Source: Candidatus Poribacteria bacterium (GTDB lineage Bacteria; Poribacteria; WGA-4E; WGA-3G). From it: DNA of 64,000 bases. Below the pieces are notes generated by a model. It did no database searches and was not told where the DNA came from. It saw nothing but the letters and a program-made list of their open reading frames with translations. Below, one piece after another: positions 1 to 11,039 of the stretch. Made by a program: the position numbers and the translations under genes. The stretch is taken from the NCBI GenBank assembly GCA_965205025.1, contig CBDBFU010000012.1:224001-288000 (forward strand). The letters are read 5' to 3'. Position 1 is the stretch's first letter; every line of letters begins with the position of its first letter.

Positions 1-2067
1 GGTCAACTTTTTGCTGAGTTCACCATTCTGTTCATCAACTACCAATCTCCAAGTACGTTGTAGGAATCGATAAACCCCCTCAACGCCAGCATCCTGCCAC
101 GGTGTACTTGCGGTAACAGGTCCAATAAACAATAGGTATAGACGAAGGGCATCAGCTCCATACTTATCAATAACATCATTTGGATTAATGACATTGAACC
201 GGGACTTTGACATCTTCTCTAATTGAACATTGAGAGATGTACCAGATGTCTTTACTACAGTTTCATCCCCGTTTCGTTCGACTTCATGCGGATAATAGTA
301 TTTACCTGCATCATCTTGAAAGGATTCTGCCAAAATCGTACCTTGGTTAAGAAGTCCTTGGAAAGGTTCTTTTGTGGATACCATCCCTGAATCATATAAT
401 ACTTTGTGCCAAAAACGTGCATATAGTAGATGAAGTACGGCGTGTTCCGCTCCACCCATATAAAGGTCTACTGGCATCCAGTACTGTTCAAGAGCGGTAT
501 CAAATGGAACATCCGTATTGTGAGCATCCAAAAATCTGAGATAATACCAACATGAACCTGCCCATTGTGGCATTATGTTTGTTTCTCGTGTGGCAATTTG
601 ACCATCAGGAAGTTTAACTTTTAACCACGTTTCATCCGCACGAGCAAGCGGTGGTTTCCCATCTTCAGTAGGCTTATACGCATCAATTGGTGGAAGTTCC
701 ACAGGCAAATGATTATCTGGAAGTGGTACGATTGTACCATCCTCAAGATGCGCAAGAGGGAACGGTTCACCCCAATAGCGTTGACGCGAAAAAAGCCAGT
801 CTCGAAGACGGTATTGTATCTGTCCTTCCCCCTTCTTCTCTGCTTCAAGCCATGCAATCATCCTTTTCTTTGCATCATCTACACGTAACCCGTTGAGAAA
901 ATCGGAGTTTACACAAACACCGTCTTCTTCAAACGGCTCCTCTTCAATAGGTTTTTCACCACCACTGATAACCTCTATTATAGGAATCCCAAAGGTTGTT
1001 GCGAATTCATGGTCTCGTTCATCATGCCCCGGAACAGCCATGATGGCACCAGTACCATACGTCATAAGGACATAGTCCGCTACCCAGATAGGGACAGGTT
1101 GGTTGTTGCATGGGTTAATGGCATAAGCACCTGTGAAGACACCGGTTTTTTCAGTAGCAAGGTCTGTCCGTTGCAGATCAGATTTATTTGAGGCTTCTTG
1201 AACATAATCGTAAACTGAGGAAACCGCATCAGGGTGTGTTATTTGAGATACAAGTGGATGTTCCGGTGCTAAAACACAATAGGTTGCACCGAAGAGTGTA
1301 TCTGGACGGGTTGTGAAAACCGTGAACGTATCATTTCTATCTTTTATACGGAAAGTTATTTCTGCCCCTTCAGATTTGCCAATCCAATGTCTCTGCATCT
1401 CTTTGAGACCATCAGGCCACTCCAATTGATCTAAGTCGTTCAACAGACGTTCTGCATAGGCAGTGATTTTCAGCATCCATTGATGCATTAACCGTCTTTC
1501 AACGGGGTCACCTGTATCAACGTATTTTCCATCTTTTACTTCTTCATTTGAAAGTACTGTACCTAATGCTGGACACCAATTGACAGGGACATCAGCAAGA
1601 TATGCCAAGTCTTTTTTATACAGTTGGAGAAAGATCCATTGTGTCCATCTGTAATATTCTGGTATTGAGGTGTCGATTTTCCGAGACCAATCGTAGGAAA
1701 GGCCGATACGTTGAATCTGCTGTTGAAATGTCTGAGTATTCCGTTTGGTAATACGTGCCGGATGTTCATTTTCGCGTACCGCTGTCCGTTCTGTAGGGAG
1801 TCCGAAAGCATCCCAACCCATCGGGTGCATGACATTATATCCCTGCATGCGTTTAAAATTTGCCAGAACATCGGTCGGTACGTAGTTTTTAGTATGCCCC
1901 ATGTGTAATCCAGCACCAGAAGTATAAGGAAACATTCCGAGTACATAGTATTTCGGTTTTTTCGATAATATCTCAATATCGTTTGGAATTTTAAATGCTT
2001 CTTTTTCTTTCCATTCTGATTGCCAATACGGTTCTATTTCCCCAGGGGCATAACTATCTGTCTCCAT
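1..2067 (-). CDS. leuS: Leucine--tRNA ligase (3' end runs off the left edge of the window)
   Basis: Manual translation from ATG at 2067 (RBS AAAGGAG upstream) gives [16 protein letters not shown]...[19 protein letters not shown]...[16 protein letters not shown] at about 202-216 is in the same frame. Absent from the ORF track because no stop codon falls inside the window. Confidence 0.95.
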   Translation of the reverse strand, partial: METDSYAPGEIEPYWQSEWKEKEAFKIPNDIEILSKKPKYYVLGMFPYTSGAGLHMGHTKNYVPTDVLANFKRMQGYNVMHPMGWDAFGLPTERTAVRENEHPARITKRNTQTFQQQIQRIGLSYDWSRKIDTSIPEYYRWTQWIFLQLYKKDLAYLADVPVNWCPALGTVLSNEEVKDGKYVDTGDPVERRLMHQWMLKITAYAERLLNDLDQLEWPDGLKEMQRHWIGKSEGAEITFRIKDRNDTFTVFTTRPDTLFGATYCVLAPEHPLVSQITHPDAVSSVYDYVQEASNKSDLQRTDLATEKTGVFTGAYAINPCNNQPVPIWVADYVLMTYGTGAIMAVPGHDERDHEFATTFGIPIIEVISGGEKPIEEEPFEEDGVCVNSDFLNGLRVDDAKKRMIAWLEAEKKGEGQIQYRLRDWLFSRQRYWGEPFPLAHLEDGTIVPLPDNHLPVELPPIDAYKPTEDGKPPLARADETWLKVKLPDGQIATRETNIMPQWAGSCWYYLRFLDAHNTDVPFDTALEQYWMPVDLYMGGAEHAVLHLLYARFWHKVLYDSGMVSTKEPFQGLLNQGTILAESFQDDAGKYYYPHEVERNGDETVVKTSGTSLNVQLEKMSKSRFNVINPNDVIDKYGADALRLYLLFIGPVTASTPWQDAGVEGVYRFLQRTWRLVVDEQNGELSKKLT

Positions 2068-2254
2068 TGGATTGTCTCTCCTTTAAATGCCGATTTCACA
2101 CACACTCTTATAACACTATTTCAATTGATTGGTGCAAAATTAATCCACAATTTTATGTATATATGGTATACTCGTTATCGTTATAAAATTCTAACATATC
2201 ATGCTATACACTGTCAAAATAAATCATTGAGTATTCCTACTTGTTTCCATATAA

Positions 2255-3715
2255 TTGGAGAAGCAAACATTGAAGTTTAATTTATCTCGTCGAGAATTTA
2301 TACGATACGGATCAATTGCAACTGCCTCTGCTGCTGTAGGTTTTGGGTTTACAGGTGTAAGTCGAAAATTAATTAAACATGTTCCAGGTTTCAAACCTGA
2401 ACCTCCTTACGTTTTTGTTCCAAGTCCTAATCAACTTATTGAATTGCCAGAAGGTTTTTCAGTTCATGCTTTTTCAAGAACAGGTGAAAAGATGGACGAT
2501 GGACTCTGGGTTCCCGGTAAGCATGATGGAATGGCTGCATTTCCTGGTCCAAACGGAAAAACCATTCTTATTCGAAATCATGAGTTAACTGCTGCAGATA
2601 AGATTGTCGGTCCTTTTGGTTGGAATAACGAAAAACTCAATCTTGTTGACACTAATAAAATCTACGATATGGGTTCAAAAGAAGCACCTTGCCTCGGAGG
2701 AACAACAACGCTCATTTATGATACACGTACAGGTACATTAGACAATCATTTCCTAAGTCTTGTAGGAACAATCCGGAATTGTGCTGGTGGACTAACGCCT
2801 TGGAACACATGGCTGTCTTGTGAGGAAGCTGTACAAAAGACAGAGAATACCTTTGAACAAGACCACGGATATAACTTTGAAGTCCCAGTTACCACAACTC
2901 ATGGATTAGTAAATGCAACACCTTTAAAGGCGATGGGGCGTTTTAATCATGAAGCAGTCGCTGTTGATGAAAAAACGGGTATTGTCTATCAAACCGAAGA
3001 TAGAAACGATGGGTTATTTTATCGATATATACCAGATAAACCAGGAGAACTCATAAAAGGTGGACGACTCCAGGCTTTGAAAATACGAGATAAGAAGGCA
3101 GCCGATACCCGCAATTGGAAAACCACACTAAATAAGTATGTACCGTGGACTTATAACCCGTATCCTGTGTTACAGGAACTTTCTGTCGAATGGGTAGATA
3201 TTGAAAATGTAGAATCACCCGATGACGATCTCCGTAAGCAAGGTGTTGAAGGGAAGGACGCTGCAGTTTTTGCCCGAGGTGAAGGTATATGGTATAGTGG
3301 TGACGCACTATATTTTACCTGCACAAATGGAGGGGTTGAACTGAAGGGACAAATATGGAAATATATACCCAGTCCTTACGAAGGTACAAGCCGGGAACAG
3401 AAAAAACCTGGAATACTTCAGCTATTTATTGAACCGAATGACAGCAATCTTCTTGAAAATGCTGACAATATTGCAGTTGCTCCATGGGGAGATCTAATTA
3501 TTTGTGAAGATGGACCAGGAGAACAGTACATTGTAGGTGTAACACCAGAAGGAAAAACCTATCAATTTGCAAAGAATGTATCTAACACCTCTGAGTTTGC
3601 TGGCTCTGTTTTCTCACCCGATGGTACAACAATGTTTGTCAATATCCAGACTCCAGGAATAACCCTTGCCATTACCGGTCCTTGGGGTGAAATTCGGCAA
3701 CGACAGTTAGCATAA
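2255..3715 (+). CDS. PhoX-family (DUF839) secreted alkaline phosphatase with Tat signal
   Basis: SRREFI twin-arginine motif; RNHE, NCAGGLTPWNTWLSCEE, GRFNHEA, RGEG, DNI, CEDG and NIQTPG motifs typical of PhoX-like proteins. Likely start is TTG 2270 after GGAG. Confidence 0.88.
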   Translation: MEKQTLKFNLSRREFIRYGSIATASAAVGFGFTGVSRKLIKHVPGFKPEPPYVFVPSPNQLIELPEGFSVHAFSRTGEKMDDGLWVPGKHDGMAAFPGPNGKTILIRNHELTAADKIVGPFGWNNEKLNLVDTNKIYDMGSKEAPCLGGTTTLIYDTRTGTLDNHFLSLVGTIRNCAGGLTPWNTWLSCEEAVQKTENTFEQDHGYNFEVPVTTTHGLVNATPLKAMGRFNHEAVAVDEKTGIVYQTEDRNDGLFYRYIPDKPGELIKGGRLQALKIRDKKAADTRNWKTTLNKYVPWTYNPYPVLQELSVEWVDIENVESPDDDLRKQGVEGKDAAVFARGEGIWYSGDALYFTCTNGGVELKGQIWKYIPSPYEGTSREQKKPGILQLFIEPNDSNLLENADNIAVAPWGDLIICEDGPGEQYIVGVTPEGKTYQFAKNVSNTSEFAGSVFSPDGTTMFVNIQTPGITLAITGPWGEIRQRQLA

Positions 3716-3969
3716 GAACTTCCCACCTTTCGTCATGTATGATAAATCGGAAGAGATCATACATCTACTTTGAATAACACCTTTGTTATTACTATTTTGG
3801 TTTATAAAGTGCCAACGGTTTTAAGACAAAAATGTCTTATTTTTTATATTAGTGTAATCAATGATAAGCTTGTTTTTACTCAAAATAGTGAAAATTAGGT
3901 TTTTTACCATACTTCCAGAAACTGTCTAAGGAAATATATCAACTAATAACTGATTGCAGGGAGATAAAA

Positions 3970-4332
3970 ATGAACGTAAATTGGCAAAGACTAAATAATA
4001 CTTGGCACATATTCTGTGAGGATACGATAAATATCATCCCTCATGGTTCTGAAGGTGTCTATGTAATTTTTACAAATTATAATAACATCCCCATAGCTAA
4101 TTATGTTGGTAAAGGACACATCAAAGAAAGACTTAAAGAATATACTTTGTTTCATCCAATGAGAGAACGCAGGATGAACACAGGTTCATTATATGTAACA
4201 TGGACATATATAACTGATGAGAATGAACAACGTAATGCCGAAGCGTATCTTATACAGAAACTTTACCCAATAGAAAATAAACAACGTCCATTTCCAATGA
4301 ATCCATATTTTACCATGAATCTTCCTTGGTGA
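3970..4332 (+). CDS. Small GIY-YIG nuclease-like protein
   Basis: GVYVIF...NYVGKG..KERLKEY...AEAYLIQKLYPIEN follows the GIY-YIG pattern (GIY, YIG, R, E, N). RBS GGAG upstream. Confidence 0.65.
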   Translation: MNVNWQRLNNTWHIFCEDTINIIPHGSEGVYVIFTNYNNIPIANYVGKGHIKERLKEYTLFHPMRERRMNTGSLYVTWTYITDENEQRNAEAYLIQKLYPIENKQRPFPMNPYFTMNLPW

Positions 4333-4360
4333 TAAGAACAAGCGGTGAAAACTATAAGAT

Positions 4361-5329
4361 ATGCCTTATAAAGAAAGTCCTTACTTTTGCACCCCTTCAC
4401 GAGATGCCATAATCTGGCGATACATGTCTATAGACAAATTTATGTTAATACTGAATAGTCAAACACTTTATTTTCCTAATATTTACAAATTCAATGACAA
4501 AAGTGAAGGAACATTATCAGATAAATCTTTAGAGGAAGTTTATAAGACAAACTTATTTAATGAAGAGAATACACCCATAAAACAAGATGAAGCGTTCATT
4601 AAGCAGAAAGAATATATAGAACAATCAGCGGAATTACAGACAAAAGAACAATTAGAAGAAAAAATAATGACACTACACTCATTTGCAACATTGCTAAAAG
4701 ACTTTTCGAACCATTTCATGTTTTGTAGCTGTTGGTTTAGAAAAGAACATGAAAGTTTTATAATGTGGGGAGAATATGGTGATAAAAGACACCCATCATC
4801 CATAGCCCTTCAAACGACTATTGGAGATCTCATTGATAGTTTTGTTGAATATGATGAAGATTATGATGTTCACATAGGTAAGGTAAAATATAAAGATTAT
4901 CGTGAAGAACATATTGAGGGCTACGAGAACTTTGAACAAGAGAACTTAAACAATCCTGATAATGTACTTAAATTATTTTATGCTCCAATTCTACACAAGA
5001 AAAAGGTATTTAATGACGAACATGAAGTCAGGGCAACTATTTCATTCAAATCTATTTGCAAACATCACTTAGAAGTTCAAGTTGATACATCAAACATACC
5101 ATTTTACAGCGATAGAATGTTCACACCAGACTCCAGATACTTCAGTTCAGATACGACTAACTTAATGGATGACGTGCCCTCTGACGGTATCCCAATTAGA
5201 ATTAACATAAGCAAATTAATCAAGACTGTTGCAATATCTAAAATTGGATGGGAATATTTTCAAAAACCATTGGTAGAATTGTTAAAAAACAATAATTTAT
5301 CTCCAGAAATCGTTATTTCTGATATATAG
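4361..5329 (+). CDS. DUF2971-like protein
   Basis: IWRYMS..KF..IL...LYF...FNDKSEG, CSCW...ESFIMWGEY, GKVKY and K.KVFNDEHEVR motifs; AT-rich coding sequence. Confidence 0.65.
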   Translation: MPYKESPYFCTPSRDAIIWRYMSIDKFMLILNSQTLYFPNIYKFNDKSEGTLSDKSLEEVYKTNLFNEENTPIKQDEAFIKQKEYIEQSAELQTKEQLEEKIMTLHSFATLLKDFSNHFMFCSCWFRKEHESFIMWGEYGDKRHPSSIALQTTIGDLIDSFVEYDEDYDVHIGKVKYKDYREEHIEGYENFEQENLNNPDNVLKLFYAPILHKKKVFNDEHEVRATISFKSICKHHLEVQVDTSNIPFYSDRMFTPDSRYFSSDTTNLMDDVPSDGIPIRINISKLIKTVAISKIGWEYFQKPLVELLKNNNLSPEIVISDI

Positions 5330-5509
5330 TTGATTATTCTGTTGATAAATATATTTGTGTCATTGTTCCACGATGTGGCGTATTTATCAAACCATGAATA
5401 ATAGTATGAAAATGCTGAAAGTTGTTATACTTGAAGAGCGATCTATAATCTGATAACAAGTTGTCAAAGCGGAGAAGAGGATTCATTGCAATTAGGAGTC
5501 GTAAACACT

Positions 5510-8500
5510 ATGAAAAAACATCTGTCTCGGTTTATCCTTATTTCCACTGCTCTTTTATTTTATATCACCCAAAACGTTGCAGCACAGCAGAATCTTACAC
5601 AAGATGTATATGCAATCATAGAGCAATCCTGCCTGATATGTCACGGTGAAAACGGTTCCTATAGAGAATCACTGATCATTGAACACAAAGCACTCATTGA
5701 GAATGGAAAAATTATCCCCGGCGATCCAGAAAGTTCTGTGTTCTATCAACGACTCATCGAAACGGATGTTGCTACAAGGATGCCGCTCGGACAACCACCA
5801 CTAACCTCTGCAGCGATAGAAACAATACGCCAATGGATTGCTGCGGGTGCACCCGATTGGAATACCCCTGTCAGAGCAAATACAGACTTCATCACCCCTC
5901 AAGCCATGCTTGAGACAATTGAGGCACATGTCCAATCCATTCCACCTTTTGACCGCACCTTTGCACGTTACTTTACATCAACCCATCTCTACAACGCAGG
6001 TGAATCGGATGAAGCATTAAAAGCCTATCAACGTGCCCTCTCTAAACTTGTCAATAGCCTCTCTTGGGGACGCGAAATCGTCAAACCGAAAGCAATTGAT
6101 CCTATAGGAACTATCTTCTACATTGATCTGCGAGACTATCAATGGGAGGTCGGCACTAACCGATGGACACAGATTGAAAGAATCTATCCCTACACGGATG
6201 AATACAACGCACCTTCTGAGACATCGCTCCATGAAAAACTGACAAGTTTGCAAGAAGAACTGAACTGCCAGGTGCCGTTTATTCATGTAGATTGGTTCGT
6301 CGCAAACGCCTCCTTGCCACCCCTCTATCACGATATTTTGCAGCTGCCACTGACAGAACGAGAACTTGAAGAAAAACTTGAGGTATCAGTTAAAGAAAAT
6401 ATTCAGAACGCCCCTGGGAAACGTGTCTGGCGCGCGGGTTTTAACGATTCTGGGGTCTCAAACCACAACAGAGTTGTAGAACGACACACTTTTCAACACG
6501 GTGCATACTGGAAAAGCTACGATTTTGCTGGGAGTGTTGGTACACAGAACATCTTCACGCATCCAATCTCTTTTGAACACGACGGCAGCGAAATCATTTT
6601 CAACCTACCGAACGGACTGCAAGCATACTACCTTGCAAATCAAAATGGAAACCGACTGAATGTAGCACCCACAGACATCGTCTCAAACCCTGCAGTAAGT
6701 GACCCAGCAGTCCGAAATGGACTATCCTGTATCGGATGTCATACCGAAGGAATGAAACAATTTGAAGATGAAGTCCGGAACGTCGTCGAACAGAACGCAA
6801 ACCCACCCTACGACAAAGCACGTGCACTCAGCCTTTATGTGGAAAAAGCCACAATGGATGCACTCCTCGCACAGGATACAGAACGTTACCGACAAGCTCT
6901 TCAAAAAACTGGCGACGTGTTCGGCGGAATTGAACCCATTCAACGGTTCCATGAAGTCTTTCAAGGACCTATTGATTCAATACATGCCGCCGCATCTCTC
7001 GGACTACAAACCGAGATACTTATAAAAAATATCCAGCAGAATGTCGGACTACAAAACTTAGGATTGTTGGTTCTGGAGAACGGCACCATCAAACGGGATA
7101 CATGGACACAACAATGGACCGACATCGTTCATGCATTGGATTTCCCACAAGAAAGCATAGTAACACCCGTTGAACCGATCCCCGAACGCATTCCTGGAAC
7201 TATAGTTAATATCCCTAACCCAACCCTGCGTACTGCAATTGAAGAAGCACTTGGAAAACCCTCCGGTACACCAATTACAGTGGATGACATGGCAATACTG
7301 ACAACCCTTCATGGAGGTGGACAACCACCTCAAGATTTAGAGGGAATACAGTTCGCAACAAATCTCGAAAAATTATCTTTCTCACACGGTATAAATGATC
7401 TATCACCACTGGCAAGATTGACAAATTTGAAATATTTATCAATTTCTGGCTATCCTTTAGACCTGTCCCCACTGGCAGGATTGACAAATTTGGAGTATTT
7501 AAACATTGGTGGTCAAGACTTCGGTGTAACATCCGATACAGGACAGCTTAACAATGTTGGTTTTGATATATCGGCTTTAGCTGGATTAACAAAATTACAT
7601 ACGCTAAGACTTTTGGGTAAGAGAGTATACGACATATCACCTTTAGTTGGATTAACAGAATTACAGTGGCTAGATCTTGGGAATCTAAATCCTGGGGGTA
7701 ACCGAATATCCGACATCTCACCTTTAGCTGGATTAACAGAATTACAGAGGCTAAATCTTACAGGTAACCCAATATCCGACATCTCACCCCTTTCAGGGTT
7801 GATTAATTTGGAACGACTGTATCTCGGTGAGATGCACCACGAGGTTGTAGGGGGCGGGAATAATTTCAGTACCGCGCAAGGAGTACTATCTGATATATCG
7901 CCTTTAGTAGGGTTAACAAAATTACAGTCGTTATCCCTTAATAATAACAAAATATCCGACATTTCATCCCTCTCATCGTTGATTAATTTGGAACGACTGG
8001 ATCTGCGCTTCAACAACATATCCGAGGTTTCACCTCTCGCAAACTTGCAGAAATTGAGTGGCACATTAAATCTACTCGGCAACAACATATCCGAGGTTTC
8101 ACCTCTCGCAAACTTGGAGAATTTATTAGCGTTACAACTACAGTTTAACAAAATATCCAACATATCCCCTTTGGATGGATTACCAGAGAAAACAAGAGTC
8201 TTTTGGTATGGTAACCCGGGGTTCCCGAAAGGTGGTCCCAAAATAGAAGGACCATGGCTATGGGTACTGCTCCGCAACCTTCATGTTCCTCACGATGTTT
8301 TTATCCTGGAGGGGCGAAATGCTGTTTTCTGGGGGCGAAATGTTGTTTCATGGCGAAATTATGATTATTATGATTATCTTTCAGAAGCGAGTGACGGTAG
8401 TGTTACAGAACAAACAATCGCAGCCGATGGCGCGACTGAGGGGAACTCCGTCGGGGAACACGTATGGACCTCACATAAAATCAATCCTACTAACACTGAT

Positions 8501-9922
8501 AAATTTGGTGATAAAGGCAACATCTGGGAGATGTTAAGCACTATTGGAATTAAATGTCTGAACTGTTCTGGTAATGTCATTTATGGTTTGACCTATTTGT
8601 ATTCACCGCGTGAACAAAAGACGAACATGTTTGCAGGAAGTAGTGCTGGTCACAAGGTTTGGCTCAATGGAGAGTTAGTTCGAAACTGGCACGTTAGGAA
8701 TAGGATATATGACCTTTATACCGATTATGAAGATGCTTTCCCCGTTACGTTGAAACAAGGTCAGAATGTCTTATTAGTTGCGGTTAATCATGGCTACGGA
8801 AATACTGGTAGGTGGCGTTTTAGTGGTGATTTTGGATTTGCCCCTGGCACAGAATACACCACATATATTCCGGGTGTGGAATATAGTCTATCTGATCCTA
8901 CAATCTATGTCGGAGATACCTTCACACTTGACATCCGTGCTGAAGATGTTCACGATTTAGCGGATTGGCAATTTGATATTTCCTTTAATCCCAACGTACT
9001 TGAAGTCCTTGAAGTCAACGAGGGGGATTTCATGAAACAAAATGGAGGAAGCACCTATTTTCAGAAAGGAATAATTGATAACGCTGCTGGCAAAATCGAA
9101 GGACTCAGTTCAGCGATATTGACAGACACAGGAGTCAACGGCACGGGAGTACTACTCTCCGTGACTTTCAAAGCAAAAACTGAAGTTGAAACCCAAGTAG
9201 CACTCCATAACTTCCAACTATTAACAATCTTAGAAGAGACAATCCCTGCCGGTCCCCATAAGTTTATCTTCGCTATAACCCCAAAAAAGAAACCACTCAC
9301 CGGGGATGTGAATAGGGACGGACAAGTGAACATTCGGGATATGATCCTTGTTTCACGATCCTTTGGAAAGGATGCATCCGACAACCCCGAGGCTGATGTA
9401 AATCAGGACGGCACCATTAACATACAAGACCTAATCCTTGTTGCACAGCATTTAGGCGAAACAACTGACAACTCTGCTGCACCGACTATACTTGCCAAAG
9501 AGACAGAGCAGCTCACACCGGCAATTATACAGAACTGGATAAAACAAGCACAGATTGAAGATGATGGTTCACTTGCTTTCCAGCAAGGAATAGAGTATCT
9601 ACAACAGTTATTAGCGTCGTTGCTACCAGAAAAAACGATACTCCTACCGAACTACCCAAATCCATTCAACCCAGAGACGTGGATACCATATCAGTTAGCA
9701 ACCCCTGCTGATGTCAGCATCTCTATTTATGCTGCGGACGGACAGGTTGTCCGAACACTACAATTGGGCAATTTGCCAGCAGGACACTATACAAGCCGAA
9801 GTCGGGCGGCACATTGGGATGGCAAAAATAAAATAGGAGAATCGGTTGCAAGTGGTCTCTATTACTATACCCTTTCAGCAGATGAGTTTTCTGCCACACG
9901 AAGGATGTTGATACTGAAGTAA
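5510..9922 (+). CDS. Large secreted multidomain protein: planctomycete-type cytochrome c domain, second CxxCH, internalin-like LRRs, jelly-roll module, cohesin, dockerin, FlgD-Ig/T9SS-like C-terminal domain
   Basis: Signal peptide; CLICH followed by IIPGDPESS...RMPLGQPPL...IRQWI; CIGCH; repeated ISDISPLAGLTxL; GDVNRDGQVNIRD and ADVNQDGTINIQD; LPNYPNPFNPETWIPY...WDGKN...SGLYYY. ATG 5510 follows AGGAG (ORF track starts at 5486). Confidence 0.85.
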   Translation: MKKHLSRFILISTALLFYITQNVAAQQNLTQDVYAIIEQSCLICHGENGSYRESLIIEHKALIENGKIIPGDPESSVFYQRLIETDVATRMPLGQPPLTSAAIETIRQWIAAGAPDWNTPVRANTDFITPQAMLETIEAHVQSIPPFDRTFARYFTSTHLYNAGESDEALKAYQRALSKLVNSLSWGREIVKPKAIDPIGTIFYIDLRDYQWEVGTNRWTQIERIYPYTDEYNAPSETSLHEKLTSLQEELNCQVPFIHVDWFVANASLPPLYHDILQLPLTERELEEKLEVSVKENIQNAPGKRVWRAGFNDSGVSNHNRVVERHTFQHGAYWKSYDFAGSVGTQNIFTHPISFEHDGSEIIFNLPNGLQAYYLANQNGNRLNVAPTDIVSNPAVSDPAVRNGLSCIGCHTEGMKQFEDEVRNVVEQNANPPYDKARALSLYVEKATMDALLAQDTERYRQALQKTGDVFGGIEPIQRFHEVFQGPIDSIHAAASLGLQTEILIKNIQQNVGLQNLGLLVLENGTIKRDTWTQQWTDIVHALDFPQESIVTPVEPIPERIPGTIVNIPNPTLRTAIEEALGKPSGTPITVDDMAILTTLHGGGQPPQDLEGIQFATNLEKLSFSHGINDLSPLARLTNLKYLSISGYPLDLSPLAGLTNLEYLNIGGQDFGVTSDTGQLNNVGFDISALAGLTKLHTLRLLGKRVYDISPLVGLTELQWLDLGNLNPGGNRISDISPLAGLTELQRLNLTGNPISDISPLSGLINLERLYLGEMHHEVVGGGNNFSTAQGVLSDISPLVGLTKLQSLSLNNNKISDISSLSSLINLERLDLRFNNISEVSPLANLQKLSGTLNLLGNNISEVSPLANLENLLALQLQFNKISNISPLDGLPEKTRVFWYGNPGFPKGGPKIEGPWLWVLLRNLHVPHDVFILEGRNAVFWGRNVVSWRNYDYYDYLSEASDGSVTEQTIAADGATEGNSVGEHVWTSHKINPTNTDKFGDKGNIWEMLSTIGIKCLNCSGNVIYGLTYLYSPREQKTNMFAGSSAGHKVWLNGELVRNWHVRNRIYDLYTDYEDAFPVTLKQGQNVLLVAVNHGYGNTGRWRFSGDFGFAPGTEYTTYIPGVEYSLSDPTIYVGDTFTLDIRAEDVHDLADWQFDISFNPNVLEVLEVNEGDFMKQNGGSTYFQKGIIDNAAGKIEGLSSAILTDTGVNGTGVLLSVTFKAKTEVETQVALHNFQLLTILEETIPAGPHKFIFAITPKKKPLTGDVNRDGQVNIRDMILVSRSFGKDASDNPEADVNQDGTINIQDLILVAQHLGETTDNSAAPTILAKETEQLTPAIIQNWIKQAQIEDDGSLAFQQGIEYLQQLLASLLPEKTILLPNYPNPFNPETWIPYQLATPADVSISIYAADGQVVRTLQLGNLPAGHYTSRSRAAHWDGKNKIGESVASGLYYYTLSADEFSATRRMLILK

Positions 9923-10014
9923 CCTTCCCTAACTCAAGATTTGGAATAATCATTCTTTACCGAATAAAATAAGAATTCAAAAAACTAAATAATCCTGCTT
10001 CCCCTCATTTTATC

Positions 10015-10044
10015 TTGACTATTTTCACATATTAAACATATAAT
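10015..10044 (+). promoter_or_regulatory. Putative sigma70 promoter for the LamG genes
   Basis: TTGACT-18 nt-TATAAT upstream of 10182. Confidence 0.5.
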
Positions 10045-10181
10045 TGTGGATTAATAGGTTTGAATATTATATCTAACCTACAAAATAAGGATACAATCTC
10101 ATACCATTCTGAATATTAATTTGTAAACATAGTCGGATAGATTATCACTTATTCCAATTTAAGAAACAAAAGGAACACATA

Positions 10182-10949
10182 ATGAAAAAGATCACTCTAA
10201 CATTTACTTTACTATTTCTCGTTGGATTCGTAGTACAACCGGCACTATCACAAGTTGTTGATGGTCTTGTTGCATATTGGGATTTCAACGAAGGTTCAGG
10301 TAACATAGCAAAAGATATGTCTGGTAATGGACATGACGGAGAATTGTTGGGAGATGCTCAGTGGACTAACGATGGGTATTTCGGTGGTGGAATCGTATTT
10401 GATGGTGCTGGAGATGAGGTAAATATTCCTTATCATGCAGACCTCAATCCAGAAGTTTTCACCATTTGTGCTTGGGCAAACGTGGCAGATGGAGGAACAG
10501 GACATCGTGCTGTAATCTCCTCTCGTGCGGATTTCCCACAACGCGGGTTTATCTTCTACTGCACCCCAGGAAATGTATGGCAGTTTTGGATTGGTGCGGG
10601 ACCAGACAGTTGGAAATCTGCTCAAGGACCAGGTGTGACTGTTGACGACTGGGATCATCTCGCAGGGACTTATGCTAATGGGAATCATAGGTTTTATGTA
10701 AATGGTGAATTTGCTGCTGAACAGAAATTTAATATCGCTGTTAACCCTGAAGAGGAATTACTTATCGGGGCAGGCGCAAATGAAACTGCTAACCATAACT
10801 ATTTCTTCAATGGTACAATTGATGAAGTGCAAATCTATAACCGTGTCCTCTCCGATGACGAAATCGCAACCGTTATGACAAGTCCCGTGACTGCTGTAGA
10901 AGCCTTAGATAAGCTTGCACTTACATGGGGACAACTCAAAGCGAAGTAG
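10182..10949 (+). CDS. Secreted LamG/concanavalin A-like jelly-roll protein with C-terminal TWGQLK motif (paralog 1)
   Basis: Signal peptide; LVAYWDFNEGSG...D.SGNGHDG, WDHLAGTY, FYVNG, FNGTIDEVQIYNRVLS; ends KLALTWGQLKAK. Confidence 0.9.
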   Translation: MKKITLTFTLLFLVGFVVQPALSQVVDGLVAYWDFNEGSGNIAKDMSGNGHDGELLGDAQWTNDGYFGGGIVFDGAGDEVNIPYHADLNPEVFTICAWANVADGGTGHRAVISSRADFPQRGFIFYCTPGNVWQFWIGAGPDSWKSAQGPGVTVDDWDHLAGTYANGNHRFYVNGEFAAEQKFNIAVNPEEELLIGAGANETANHNYFFNGTIDEVQIYNRVLSDDEIATVMTSPVTAVEALDKLALTWGQLKAK

Positions 10950-11039
10950 GATTTGCGATATTTGTGATTCACAGGTTTAAAGTGCTGTGTCTAAGTACAA
11001 AATAGCAACTCTCAACAAAATTGAAACAGAGGAATAAAA

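Noticed and set aside
1-2067. Apparent fragmentation of leuS into short ORFs in the track
   Set aside because: The start, HMGH and KMSKS are all in one minus-strand frame. The gene is missing from the track only because it leaves the window; the short ORFs are off-frame shadows.
7513-8277. 254-aa antisense ORF
   Set aside because: Mirror of the LRR repeats on the opposite strand; no independent coding signal.
8310-8378. Possible diversity-generating retroelement variable region
   Set aside because: No reverse transcriptase or template repeat with adenine-specific mismatches is visible in the window.
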